From NCBI RefSeq assembly GCF_001194135.2, contig NC_068983.1, positions 29,358,263-29,422,262 of the forward strand: a stretch of 64,000 nucleotides of DNA. Direction: 5' to 3'. The notes under the pieces are model-generated. The model saw nothing but the letters and a program-made list of their open reading frames with translations, was not told the origin of the DNA and did not search any database. Numbering within the stretch: position 1 is the stretch's first letter; the number at the start of each line of letters is the position of its first letter. Source of the DNA: Octopus bimaculoides (taxonomy: Eukaryota). The position numbers were made by a program, and so were the translations under genes. This document shows, piece by piece, positions 39,286 to 52,360 of this stretch.

Positions 39286-42200
39286 ACCATTCCGACCTAT
39301 CAATTCATACAATTAAATTTTGAGACTTGCAACAATTACAAGGCCATACAATCCTTAGTTCTTTTAAGTGTCCCAACTCTTTTTAATGTGTTTTGCTGGG
39401 ACCATACTCTTCACTTAACAATTTATCTAATTCTATTTTCCCCAGAACCACATCTTTCTGAAGTTTTCTCATTGCCCAGTTTTGTGGGTAGTTTCATTGA
39501 TGTAGTATTGTTCAGTATTAACTGCTTAATTTGAACTTCTGTGGGTTAGCACCTACAGAGTGAGTATCAAACCAGAAAAGTTCAAGCTGAAGAGTTTATC
39601 ACAGTACCAATCTCACCTGTCCCAGACACTGTATCTTTCATTTCGACATGTGAACTAGTGAAAAACTTGTGCTAAATAATAAATAAGAAGTCAACAAGAC
39701 AACCTGAAATTGTTTCATATTTTGTAAGTTGGCATAACAAAATATCAACACATTTTGGATAAATTAAATTCAAAATAAGACTCTGAACAAGAGACATACC
39801 AACATTATCTATTTCAAAAGGAATGCTAATGGTTCTAAAGTAGAAACAGGAGGAAAAAAGGAAGCCAGTTAGAGTGGTTATAAACTCGTAAGGTAACCTT
39901 GAAAACAATTGATAATTTATTACAACAATAGGAAGTAATACAGTAAATTCACAACCCTTGAAAGAAGGAAATGGTTCTCAAGCATATGAATGAGATCAAG
40001 CTGCACCTATACATAATTATATTAACAGGAAATAATGGATTCATATTCAAAATTAATAGTGTTAAAAGTGAAAGGAAATTTAGTCAGAATAGTAAATTCT
40101 TTGTATGTGAAGCTGTCCTACATAGTATTACTAACATACATTTTGCCTCATTATTTTTTAAAAGCTACATATGGAAGAACACAAAACAATTATTTCAGAT
40201 GTATTTTATATTCTAATTCTAATTGTATCAGAAAGAGATTTTTTATGAGATTCTAAACTAAGAGATAATACTTTGTGTTAACAACAGTATGAATAAGGTG
40301 CAGCAAAAGAATGAGATACAAAGAATTTATTACAAACTGAATGTTAATTTGACAGTGAGAAGAATTAGAGGCATGCGAAGCAGGTAATTAAATACAAAAT
40401 ATCCCAATGACATGTAATCATGTGGGATTGATTTCAGTCCAAATTCATGATGAAAATAAGCTGGATACAACAAATGGCTAGTGGTGACCCACCTGTGTTT
40501 CAAATTTCACCCTGGATCCAAACAATCTTGACAGTTCTCACCAACTATTCCTCTACACTTAATGTTCTCCATTTGGTCTTTGCTAAGAATTTTTTGTAGT
40601 TATTCTAATTATTATTATTAAGGCAGTGGTGAGCTGGCAAAATCATTAACATGCTGGATAAAATGCTTAGTGGCGTTTTGTTTGTCTTTACATTCTGAGT
40701 TCAAATTCTGCCAAGATTGACTTTACCTTTCGTCCTTATGGGATCAATAAAATAAGTACCAGTTGAGTACAAGAGGGGGGGGGGGTTGATGTACTTGACT
40801 TATCTCCTCCCCAAAAATGATTGGCTTTGTACCAAAATTTGAAACCATTATTATTATTATTATTTTAAAAGGATTGGTGTAACTCTTCATAAAGATAAAT
40901 AGACAATATGAAGGGCATCAGACAGATTTAGTCTGACCATGCAATCATAGAAAATCATCATTGTCATCAAAATTTAATGTCTATTTCCATGTTGGCATGG
41001 GTTAGATGGCTTGATAGTAACTGGCAAGGCCATAGGCCACACCAGGTACCCATAGTTTGTTTTGGCTTGGTTTCAACAGCTGGATGCCCTTCCTAATGCC
41101 ACCCACTTTACAAAGTGTACTGGGTGCTTTTTACATGGCACCAACACCAATGCTTTTTATGTGGCACCCACACTAATGCATTTCACATGGCACCTTGGTT
41201 TTAGGACCTCGGTTCTGTTGTGGTAGGCAGGTCTTCTCAAGTGCAACAAAGCGCTGATGAAGATATATATGGTGGCTGTTCCTCAGTAATGTTGAAGGAG
41301 ATAAGACTATCTTGGGAGATTTTACTTTTGCCTGTAGTATGTCTAGAATGAGGTTTCTAAGTTGCATTTAGATGATGTCTGTGGGAATTCTTATCAAGGT
41401 TTAAAGGAGACCATCTTCAAGCAATAGCATGAGATGACTGGGTGCAACTGTTTGGACAGTGAAGCTGATTTGATGACAGTACTTTTTGGCACTGGAGGCA
41501 AACACACACATGCATGCAGAAATATACATATATGAGAGAGAGAGAGAAGATTAAAACATATGATGTCAAATCAGTCAGTGTTGAAACAGCAGTGACAGAT
41601 AGATGGTGTCAAAACAGCTGTGCCAAAATGTCTCATACCTTTCCAATAGACCATATAACTCTTTCTCTCTATCAGGATTCATTGTCCATTATTTTCACAA
41701 CCACATAGTATTCACATCTCTAACATTACTATACAGCATTATATTTCATGAGATGTTTCATTATAAGATAGTTTCTCTCCTTCTCCTACACCATATTATT
41801 AAGCTAAATTCCCAAAATATAAATTCCATAGCATTTAATAATGATAAACGATGCCAAAGCCGATAGCAGAGTTTGGCAGTCTTCTGGCTCACCAGCTCCT
41901 GTCAAACCATCCAACCCATGCCAGTATAAGAAGCAGATATTAAATGATGATGATGATTGCTTATTGACTGAAGATACAACATTGCTAATTGAAATTGTCT
42001 ACATTTTAAAGTTTATGTGCAGCGCCACGTAAAAGTGCCAGTGTGGTGTCATGTAAAAGCACCTGTGTGACACTATGTAAAAGCACCATGCACACTCTGT
42101 AAAGTGGTCGGCGTAAGAAAAGGCATCCAGTTGTAGAAGCCATGCCAGATCAGGCAGGAGTCTGGTGCAGCCCCAACCCTAGCTTGCCAGCTCTGGTCAC

Positions 42201-43023
42201 ACCATATAACCTATGACAACATGGATAACGGACGTTAAATAATGATGATGAAATTTATTTCCAGTATAGCATGGGTTTTCATATATTATGCAAAAGAAAA
42301 GTAATTAGAAACTAATTGAAAATATTGTGGGCATGTTACTTGTACATGTGATGGGTGGAAAGCATTTCTACAAGGGGTGGAGAGAAAATGAATGAGGTAA
42401 ATGTGAAGAAGTCAAAAAAAATGTTTGTGAAGAATAGACTTCACAGTGATTTACAAAGGGCTTGTAAGGAGGATAAACAGCATACAACATGGCTGCTCTG
42501 CAGTTTTGCCCTCTGCAAGTCAGTCAGTATGACAAAATAGTTGATGTGACAATAGTTCCTTGGTTAACATGATAAAGGTTAGTGAAATAATGGTAACAGA
42601 GAGGGAGAAGTAGGGGGGGGGCATTGAATAACACTTTAGGAGTTGTTAGAAACAGCCATAGGCAGATGATATTGTAACTTGACTGTTCTTTTAGTCTTAT
42701 TGGTTTCAGGCACTGGGGTGTGGCCATGCTAGAGTAATGCTTTCTCGGATAGAGTTGATTATGCCAAGACCAGTACTTATTTCCTTGACAATAGAAGGGT
42801 GTAAGACAAAGTCTACCAGGGTGGGGGTTGATACAATCAAAGGACATAAGAAAGAAAAAAAAACATACAGAAGGTGTACTGTTGGATTCTCAATGGATTC
42901 TACCATATACTTGTTAATAAGGAATTTATAAATTAAATAAAGAAAAATTTCTATCTTCAGTTAAAATATATGGTAAAAGTTTACTCAATATAAGATATCA
43001 GCGTCAGTAAAATAGCCAACGCC

Positions 43024-43035
43024 CCAATGACGTCA
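43024..43035. promoter_or_regulatory. Overlapping CCAAT box and palindromic CRE (TGACGTCA)
   Basis: Sequence ccaatgacgtca. This is a motif match only, with no functional support. Confidence 0.2.
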
Positions 43036-44558
43036 CTCAGTAGTTTATACATCACACAAGCTAGTCATGGTTGGTGCATATTGTGAATGGTGATCACCGA
43101 TACTTTGCTGTTAAAATAATTGCCTTTATTTCAGATAAGCAACCTACTAAACACAGCCTTGATTATCAACAGCTCACCATTGTATAGTAGAATGGTTGGT
43201 GAAGGAATGGAGGCAATAAAGCTGTTGTTGATAAACATGTAATTCATCACAAAGTTAGAAAATGTACTAAAATGTTAAATAGAAATTCTGAGGTCGACTG
43301 AGGCAAAGAGTCTTATATGTCAGAGATGTTGGTTAGCCCCGCCCTGGTCGGCCCTGATGGGAGAGACTTGTGATCAAAGACATTTGAGGCATGATTATTC
43401 AATCGTATTTTAAGGAATCGTGTAACACACTGAACCACATTATCCAATGTGCCCTTTAAAGGTGGTGTGGTGTGATTTGAGGGAGAATAGACTGCTATTT
43501 CTAGCAGGTCACGCAACCACACAACGGCTCTCTTGTAGGCACATGATAAGTGTTAGAGTGTGGATGGGAAAGGGTGCATAATGTTTGGTATTAAGAATAA
43601 ATTGTCCGCCAATTGCATGAGAGATTTTAATAAGAATAGAATGATGGATAGATCACCAAAATGTGATGTCTGACAGAGAACTTAAGTCCAGCGATGCAGA
43701 AATTTATAATTTTGACAGTCAACACTCTTCAAGGTAATAACTTAATGATTTTACATTTGTGAAGCAAATATGCTGTCTGCCACAAAAAATAGTTGTGTAT
43801 GAGTGAATAAAATATTTTAAAATCGTAACTTATATGGAAAGAATTATATTTTGTATTGCTATGTTTATGGTGATGGCAGAGTAGAACTTGAGCCTCTAAT
43901 CACCTTGGCCAGTTTTGATAAACTTTTTAGCATTCAAATTATTCTGTTTAAATGTAATACTTATTTATTCACATTGTTTTAAATTAATTATACATTATCT
44001 TATATCATCAAGATTTTGATGATGAGATTGCTTATTTTTAGAATGATGTTGTAGGGTACATGCAAGAGACCAGACATAAAACAGAGAGAAATATTTGGCT
44101 CAGATATGGGAGTTCAAGTGCTAAAGGGTTAAGCTGGCTAGTTCACGATAGACAGCCAATCTCATGTACATTTAGCCTCTTAAATATCATTATCATCATC
44201 GTTTAACGTTCGCTTTCCATGCTAGCATGGGTTGGATGATTTGACTGAGGACTGGCGAACCAGATGGCTGCATCAGGCTCCAATCTGATCTGGCAGAGTT
44301 TCTACAGCTGGATGCCCTTCCTAACGCCAACCACTCCGAGAGTGTAGTGGGTGCTTTTACGTGCCACCGGCACGAGGGCCAGTCTGATGGTACTGGCAAC
44401 GGCCACGCTCAAATGGTGTTTCTTACGTGCCACCTGCACAGGGGTCAGTCCAGCGGCACTGGCAATGACCTCGCTCAAATGTTTTGTTCACGTGCCAGTA
44501 AGCCGACACTGGTAACGATCACACTCAAATGGTGCTTTTTCATACCATCGGCATGGAA

Positions 44559-44595
<37 letters not shown>

Positions 44596-46007
44596 AATTA
44601 TTTACTCAGAAGGAAAGGCACTACCTATGGCCCTTTTCAGATCCTCTAACAATAATGAGAGGAAGTTATCTTCAAACTAGAGCCCTAGCCAATGTGCTTG
44701 AAACTGAAAGTATTCCATTAAAAGTATTAATAGTCTAAATAATGGTTTCCATACAGGTAACAGATTTAATCTGTCAAACTTAATGTTTATTTATTTATAT
44801 TGTTTTGAATTAATTACGCATTATCTTGTCGCTTAGAGATTTTGATGATGTGATTGTTTAGTTTCACAATGACGTTGTACGATGGAGGCGAGAGGTCTGT
44901 TTCAAAATCAAACATGTTAAATATTTTGGCCATATATGTCTGGTTTGAATGCTAAAGGGTTAAAGAGGCCACTCAAAAACAAAAAAAAAAGGAACAGACC
45001 CTTTAGACAGGTTTCCACACAATACTTGCCTACTAATTTCCACACTTAAGGCTTTGGACAACGAAAGGTTAAGGGAAAAAATATTTTCCCAAGGTGGAAT
45101 GCAGTGATATCAAACCCAAAACTGTATAAATGCAAAGTAAACTTCTCAACTCAGAAATTCAACAATGGCTGTTATAGGTGGTGACTTAATCTATTGATCA
45201 GTTGAACACCTCCACTTCGTCTTTAGGTAATGTTAGGTGAGTCCAGTCTGTTGCAAGCATTTGGGCCAAGTCACCAGTTTAAAGATACCACCTGCCTTCT
45301 GGTTTCAGGGTCTTGGTAAAGGGACATGGGCATTGCTTTGCTGCCTGAAAAATCGTTCATCATCACCATTTTAACATCCACTTTCCCATGGTAGCATGGG
45401 TTGGACAAAGTTCATGGAAGCAGATTTTATACGACCAGATGCCCTTCCTGTCACCAAACCCTCACTTGCTTCTAGGCACAGAAATATTTCCCCAGGGTTG
45501 GATATGTTTTTGCAGACCAGTGGGAATGAAGATGCTGTTTCTATAACAAGGACATACACATATGATAGGTTTCTGTTAGTTTTCACCACCCAAATCTACT
45601 CACAAAGCTTTAGTTGGCCCAGGCCTATGCAGAGGGACTGAACCCCAAACCATAAGATCAAGAAGTAAACTTCTCAACCACACAGTGTCACTTGTGCATA
45701 TTAGTGTGTGTGTGCACACACGTATTAGGTAAAAATGACAATTAAGAATGCTTTTGAATGTTCAAAGCTAGAAGAAAGCTTGAGTGTTGCTTTAAATACA
45801 AATAATGAGTGAGTGAGAGAGTAGATAACTGTGAGAAAGATTTACAAAAAATATCAATTTCAAACGCAGTAATATACTAAATGAAATAAAGGAAAAATAT
45901 AGTCGTAATTGTTATCAAGAAATTCACTCAAAAAGAGCATAATTTAAATTTACTTGCTATCATACATTGTCAAGGAGTTAGTTAAACTATAACATTATTC
46001 TACGTAC

Positions 46008-46119
46008 GTAGGTTCATTACTGCAGTCATGTGAACATGTACATCGCTTATCTCCATTTTCAAATTCTTTGCAGACACCATCAAAGAGGCAAGATGTTGCA
46101 GTGCATAAAATATCTGGAC
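46008..46119 (-). CDS. Exon encoding the FOLN (EGF-like N-terminal) half of follistatin domain FS2
   Basis: Acceptor tttttcttatcatttctccag|GT and donor CCT AC|gtacgt; 112 nt, phase 1-2. Translation (G)PDILCTATSCLFDGVCKEFENGDKRCTCSHDCSNEP(T), 6 Cys. Confidence 0.9.
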
Positions 46120-49100
46120 CTGGAGAAATGATAAGAAAAATACAGATATAAGAATGAACATTAAAGAAAGAAGGAAAAAAAAAAAACACCCTGATTTTTT
46201 AAAAATTAAAACAAAATTTGAATAAGAATCAATAATATCTGGAAGACAACTGGTAAAAATTAGCTGGAAAAAAGATATTTAAATCAGATTAAGACCGGTA
46301 TTTTTCTTTTCTATTTCTTTTAAAGATAAAATTTTTAAACATCGTAAAGGAAATGAAAAGAAAGACTGTAAAAAAAAAAAAAAAAAAAANNNNNNNNNNN
46401 NNNNNNNNNNNNNNNNNNNNNNNNNNNNNNNNNNNNNNNNNNNNNNNNNNNNNNNNNNNNNNNNNNNNNNNNNNAAAAGGATCAAAATATCCCTGATAGA
46501 ACTTACAAAGCATTGTAGAACTTTGGATAATATTCTGGAGTGGGGGAGTGTGATTTCACAACAAAATTATGTGAAATACATCATGTATAATTGGGTTTTT
46601 TTTTGTTTATAAGTAAAAAAAAAAAAAAAAAAAAAGTTGCAGGGAAATTACTCAGCGCACCTACCCCTCATGTAAGCAAATAAGCAAGAGCAAAGATTTG
46701 AGCTTAAAACTGTGAAATACTGAACCAGACAAACTAAATAATCTTAGTAAGGGGCAGCCTATCATCTAAATATGAACTACAAAAAATGTAGTTTATATTA
46801 AGGGGAAAAAAAATTATGGTTGTTGTGAAGGGAAGTCCAGGAAGTTTTTTTTTCAGAAACAGAAGAGAAAGAAATCTTGTTCTTTGAATGAATATAAGTC
46901 AAAATAATTTCAATGAGATCAAAAGAAAATTAAGTTTTTATCTTATATTTTTTACTTGTTTCAGTCATTGGACTGTAGCCATGCTAGGGCACACCACCTT
47001 AAAAGGTTTTAGTTGAATAAATTGACCTCAGCATGTTTTTTTTAATTTTTAAGTCTAGTATTTATTCTATGGAGGTGCATGGCTCTGTGGTTAGAGCATC
47101 GAGGTTGTGAGTTCGATTCTCAAACCGGACTGTGTGTTGTGTTCTTGAGCAAGACACTTTATTTCAAGTTGCTCCAGTTCACTCAGCTGTAGAAATGAGT
47201 TGCGGCATCACCGGTGCCAAGGTGTATCAGCATTTGCCTTTCCCTTGTATAACATCAGTTGCATGGAGAAGGGAGACCAGTATGCATGGGTGACTGCTGG
47301 TCTCCCATAAACAACCTCACCTCAACTTTTGCCTCAGAGGGGAACTTTCTAGGTGCAATCTCATGGTCATTCATGACTGAAGGGGGTCTTTACTCCTTTA
47401 CTTTACTCTTTTATGGGGACATACACAAATTAACACCAGTTGTCAAAGTGGTGAGGAACAAACACAACAAAACACAAGACACATACATATGATGGGATTT
47501 CTCACAATTTCTGTCTGTCAAATTCACTCACATTAGTTAGCCTGGGGATGTAGCAGAAGACACTTGCCTAAGGTGCCGTGTAGTGGGACTGAACCTGAAA
47601 CAATGCTGTTTGTGAAGCAAGCTTCTTAACCATACAACAGACATCTCAGCCTATAGGTGAAATTATAGAAACATCAATGACAAATCAAGGTGTTTCAAAT
47701 GCTTCGATGTCCGACTTTGTAACAGGAGAAATCATACAATAAAGAGAATTAAAAAAATGAATAAATAAAATATAATAAATGAATTCTTTGTTACTATCAA
47801 CAAAGAAAACTTTCCATCATTTGAATCAGTGTTAGTTTACATCATTGAAAATAAATAAACTGGTACAGATGAAAGTTCAAATAGAAACTGTACTATATAC
47901 AGTACTTCAATGAATATTCAGTTATGATTATCAAGAAAATTCCCAATGTGGCATGGAAATGGTAGCTACATGCTAATTAGAACAGTGGTTCCCAACCATT
48001 TTTTGCACCACTGACTGGCTTCATGCAAAACAATTCTTCCATGGATTGGGGTGGGGGAATCACACACACTATCTGTAGCCTAGTGGTTAGTGTTGCACTC
48101 ACAGTCATAAGAGTGTGTGGGTTCAATTCCTGGACCAGGCAGCGTGTTGTGTTCTTGAGTAAGACACTTTAGTTTATGTTGTTCTGTGATCATTTTGAAA
48201 TTTGATGTGTGACACACTTACGAACCTGTATAGAAAATGTCAATGTGGTGGAATGGGTGAGCTAAGGTACAGTACATACACTTGACCACTATAAACAAAT
48301 CATTTGTGCAGATCAATCAGCAAAAATGTTAAGCTATATTTTTATAGCAAAAGTGATATTGTATGCTGTTAATGTACAGAATTGGAACTGCTATTCCAAT
48401 GAACATGCACAAATATAAAGACTTTTCCTTGTTTCTTTATACTTTATACACCCTGCATATGCAAATGTGTACACACATACACACACACCATTCTCAACAC
48501 CTGTAAGTAAAAAATAGCAAAGCTTTTAAATTTTAATATTCCTAGGGTACAAAAAAGAAAGAAGAAAGGTCCAAAGAACTAGAAGCTAACAATGCTTCTC
48601 AAAATCCTTATTGAAAATAAAGAGACTACAGTTTCTAACAGAAAATGGGGAAAAAAATGGCTATGAAACAGCTTCAGAATGAAGCAGCATGATGGTGAAA
48701 GAGCTTTCAACTCTGTTGATAATACTAAGTCTACTACATCTGAACATAGATATAGGCAGCAAACCTTTTACTATTTTAAAAGCTCTGTCCTTAGCACACT
48801 CTTCAACTCATGCAACTAAATAGTTTTCAAACCAACACAATTACTCAATCTAAAAACAGCAGCCAAATCTCCTACAATCCATAACTTTTTGAATAATGTG
48901 TTCCTCATACCCCAAAAAGGCAGAATTATTCATAAGTGGAAATCCATCACATATAGGCCTGCCTCATCAAGGCTGGGACTAAGCAACAACAAATAATTAT
49001 TTAGAACAGAAGTTCAGATGACAAGCTCAATATACTGAAAATGTTTTGCTCTTAGTATTGTATTGAGTTTTCTTTGAAATTACCTGTAAACAAATACTGA

Positions 49101-51697
49101 CAGCAGTTTGGGTATATAAATCCAAATAATAACTAGCAAGAATAAATTATATTGATCCATTGGTTTCAAATTTTGGCACAAGATCAGTAATTCAATGGGA
49201 GGGCCTAAGTCAATTACATCAATTTCAGTGTTCAACTGGTACTTATTTTATCGACCACGAAAGGATGACAGGTAAAGTCAAGACAGCTATATTGAATAGA
49301 ATTCTACATAGCTTGTCTACATAGTACCCACAATATAGGGTGAAGAGAACAGGTATTGACAAGGCTTCTTATAAACAAGAACTAAGGAAAACTGAAAATA
49401 TATACATTTACCTTTATGAAATAATATAATGACAAAAAATATTTAAAATACAATGTTTATAAAACAGTATTCTGATACTAATAAACAGTAAATCAGTTAC
49501 CACTAACTGATGTATCTTGAAGCAAATTCAGGCATAAATAATAATAGCTTATATTTTTTATCTTTTACTCTTCTCATTCAGTGGACTGTGGCCATACTGG
49601 AACATCATCTTGAAGGGTTTTAGTTGAAAAAATTGACCCAGTCTGTTTGTTTTTTTTTTGTTTTAGTCTGGTGCTTATTCTATTGGTTTCTTAAACTGAA
49701 CCACCAAGTTATGAGGATGTAAATAAACCAACACTGGTTGTCAAGCAGTAGGGAGGGGGGAACACAGACAAAGAGACATACACACACACACATACATGTA
49801 CATAATGAACTTCCACACAGTTTCTGTCTATTCAATTCATTCACAAAGCACTGGTCAGCCCAGGTCTGAGCTTTAGTAAAAGACACTTACCCAATGTACC
49901 GCACAGTGGGACTGAACCTGAAACCACATGGCTGCAAAGCAAGCTTCTTAATCACACAGTCATACCTGTCCCTACAATACATTCAGTTAATAAGACCATG
50001 GATGATGGTCTGTGTCTTATAGGTAGCTTTTCACCTTCATCCTGTTTAGGTCTCATTTTTAATTCACTGTATTGTAATCTATTCTAGTTTAATAGGTGAA
50101 TTCACTCCAAGGCGCATCATTAATAAAGACTTATTTATCTATATTTTTCTCATGCCTCTATATTTGTGCTCAAACTGTAAACTAATAAATAGCGAATTCT
50201 ACTGTGTACATTAGGAAATATACTGATGATGTGTACTAAAAATTCTTCAATAACATTTCATAAAATTGAGATAAAAAAAAAAAAATACAAACATGGAACA
50301 AATAACATATATTTCAATTTAAAAAAAAAAAATTAATTAAAATTGCTTGTGAAAGATATCTTGCACAACAAATTTTGGTCTTACCCTGAAAATAAAAATG
50401 TTTTTTATCTTTAAATATGAATGAAAACCTTGTGGCAAACAACAGTGAAAATGAAAAAAATATGTGTGTATATACATATATACATATATGTATATATATA
50501 AGCATTTGCAACTGAAGCGATGAGAAGCTTGGTGCAATATTGCAACTTTTCTTAGGAAAACAACAAGAACAAACACACACAGATATACACCTTATGAGGT
50601 CAGAAGTGTAACACACAAAATTGATATGACTTAAGAGTTTATGTTATGGTTATAGAACTGTGATAGTTTCACAGTATTATCAACAGATGTATCAGGAACA
50701 AAAAAAGAAAATTTAAGATAGAACTGCAATGAAATGATTGCAGATTTAATTTACCTGTATATGATAATCTTATTTAGAATTTAGAAGTGGAATGCAAATT
50801 TGCTGGAGAGCATAGGTTCTGGTATAATAGTAAAATTGTCAGCCCCTATGAAACTAAAAGCTTATGCAGCAGTTAGGGACCGATCTTGGTATCAAGCTTC
50901 TCAAAAGCTGGGTTATTAGTAGCAGAAATAATCAAATAGTTGGTGCAGTTTCCTAACTTGATACCATTTGAAATCTGCTTGTTAAAATAGCTAATTAGTA
51001 AATAATATATGAAACAAAAACCTTAAAACAATAAGCTGAACAACAATATTAAAAACTTACTGAAAGAAAACACTTTCAGATTTTCAGGTGTGTATTAAAT
51101 GCTAAATGTTTTATCATTATTACAGCTGTTAAAAATTAATTGAATGACTTAAAAACCCAGAGGAAAAACCCAAAATGATGATTTCCAACTTAGTTTCTAA
51201 TTATATCACCCTCGTCACTTAATGTCTGTTTTTCCATTCTGACATTTGTTTGGGTGGTTTGACAGGAGCTGCTGACTAGCCAGAGAACTGTGCCAAGTGC
51301 CAATATCTGCTTGGGCATGGTCTCTGCAATTGGATGCCTTTCCTAACAACAAAAACTTCACAGAGTGTATTGAGTGCATTTTACATGGCACTGGCATTAG
51401 TGAGGTCACCAAGTAACCCACAAAATAAGACCCCTTAACTGCGGGAGGTGAGTTTATGCCAAAACGTAAGAGTTTAAAAGTATGGTAGAAGGACAGAAAA
51501 ATAAATATCTTGCAGTAAAGGAGACACATAGCCCCCACGGTTGAAAAAGGAGAGAAGGTGATGGTGAAGAAGTGTTGCTAAATGTATATTACTCAGATTT
51601 CAGTTTTTAAGAATGAAAATCCAAAATCAGATTTAACTTTTTTTAAAAGACTGTCACTACAAATAGTTACCCTAAATAATACTTTGTTTTTATTTAA

Positions 51698-51902
51698 CCT
51701 TTTAGCATTTAAACTGGCCATATCAAGCCAAAATATTCTACCTGTTTTAAGTTCAAACTAGTCAGATCCAACCTCTCACACCTGTTCAACAATGCCATAG
51801 CACTGAAATCTCTCAAAGCTACAAGATAAGGCATGGATTAATTCAAAACAATGAGAAATAAATAAGCATTACATTTGACAGAGTAATCTGAATGCTAAAG
51901 GG
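51698..51902. mobile_element. TTAA-flanked MITE (piggyBac-like termini)
   Basis: TIR CC(C/T)TTTAGCATT, with TTAA at 51694-51697 and 51903-51906. Copies at about 5682-5898, 18096-18312, 22321-22542, 43922-44128 and 44765-44959. Confidence 0.82.
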
Positions 51903-52214
51903 TTAAAAGCTTATCTATATCGACAAAGTTTGGGTAACCAAGTTCATTGAAAGCACTGGCTAGTTCTCTATCTCTATCCAATACAGTCTTGTTTACTGTA
52001 ATGGTACGATTTTCACACTGAACTTTATCAGATGAAAGTTCATTTGTTAATGATTGCTGAATCTAAAAAAATAAAACAGTTCCGACTCTGCTCAGTAGGG
52101 ACTATGTTGACTAAATGGCTATGGTGTCAGTCCACTAGCAAACATTCTCTTCACACTTGTCACCACTAACATTAGAAGAAGCAAAGTACTTGAGAAGATA
52201 CTGTGTTGCATTAT

Positions 52215-52360
52215 CAATTCATTGTGGGTTCAATTCTATAGTAGATGTTTTGCTGTGTGGATTTGGGCATCACAATTCTATATAGGTGTTTTGTTGTGTA
52301 TTTGGATAACCCGGTTCTACAATAGATATTTTGTTATATATTTGGACAGCACAATTCTAT
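52215..52360. repeat. Degenerate minisatellite, about 40-bp unit, about 3.5 copies
   Basis: Recurring caattcta...ttttg(c/t)tgtg...atttgg units. Confidence 0.65.

Noticed and set aside
42706-42906. Hydrophobic ORF MVESIENPTVHLLYVFFSFLCPLIVS as an alternative signal peptide
   Set aside because: The hydrophobicity comes from a T-run and a SINE edge, and the only donor (GTAGAC) is weak.
49085-49165. MDQYNLFLLVIIWIYIPKLLSVFVY with donor ag|gtaatt as a signal exon
   Set aside because: The ATG comes from a repeat edge, the donor is phase 2 (incompatible with the phase-1 module acceptors), and it lies between FS1 and FS2.
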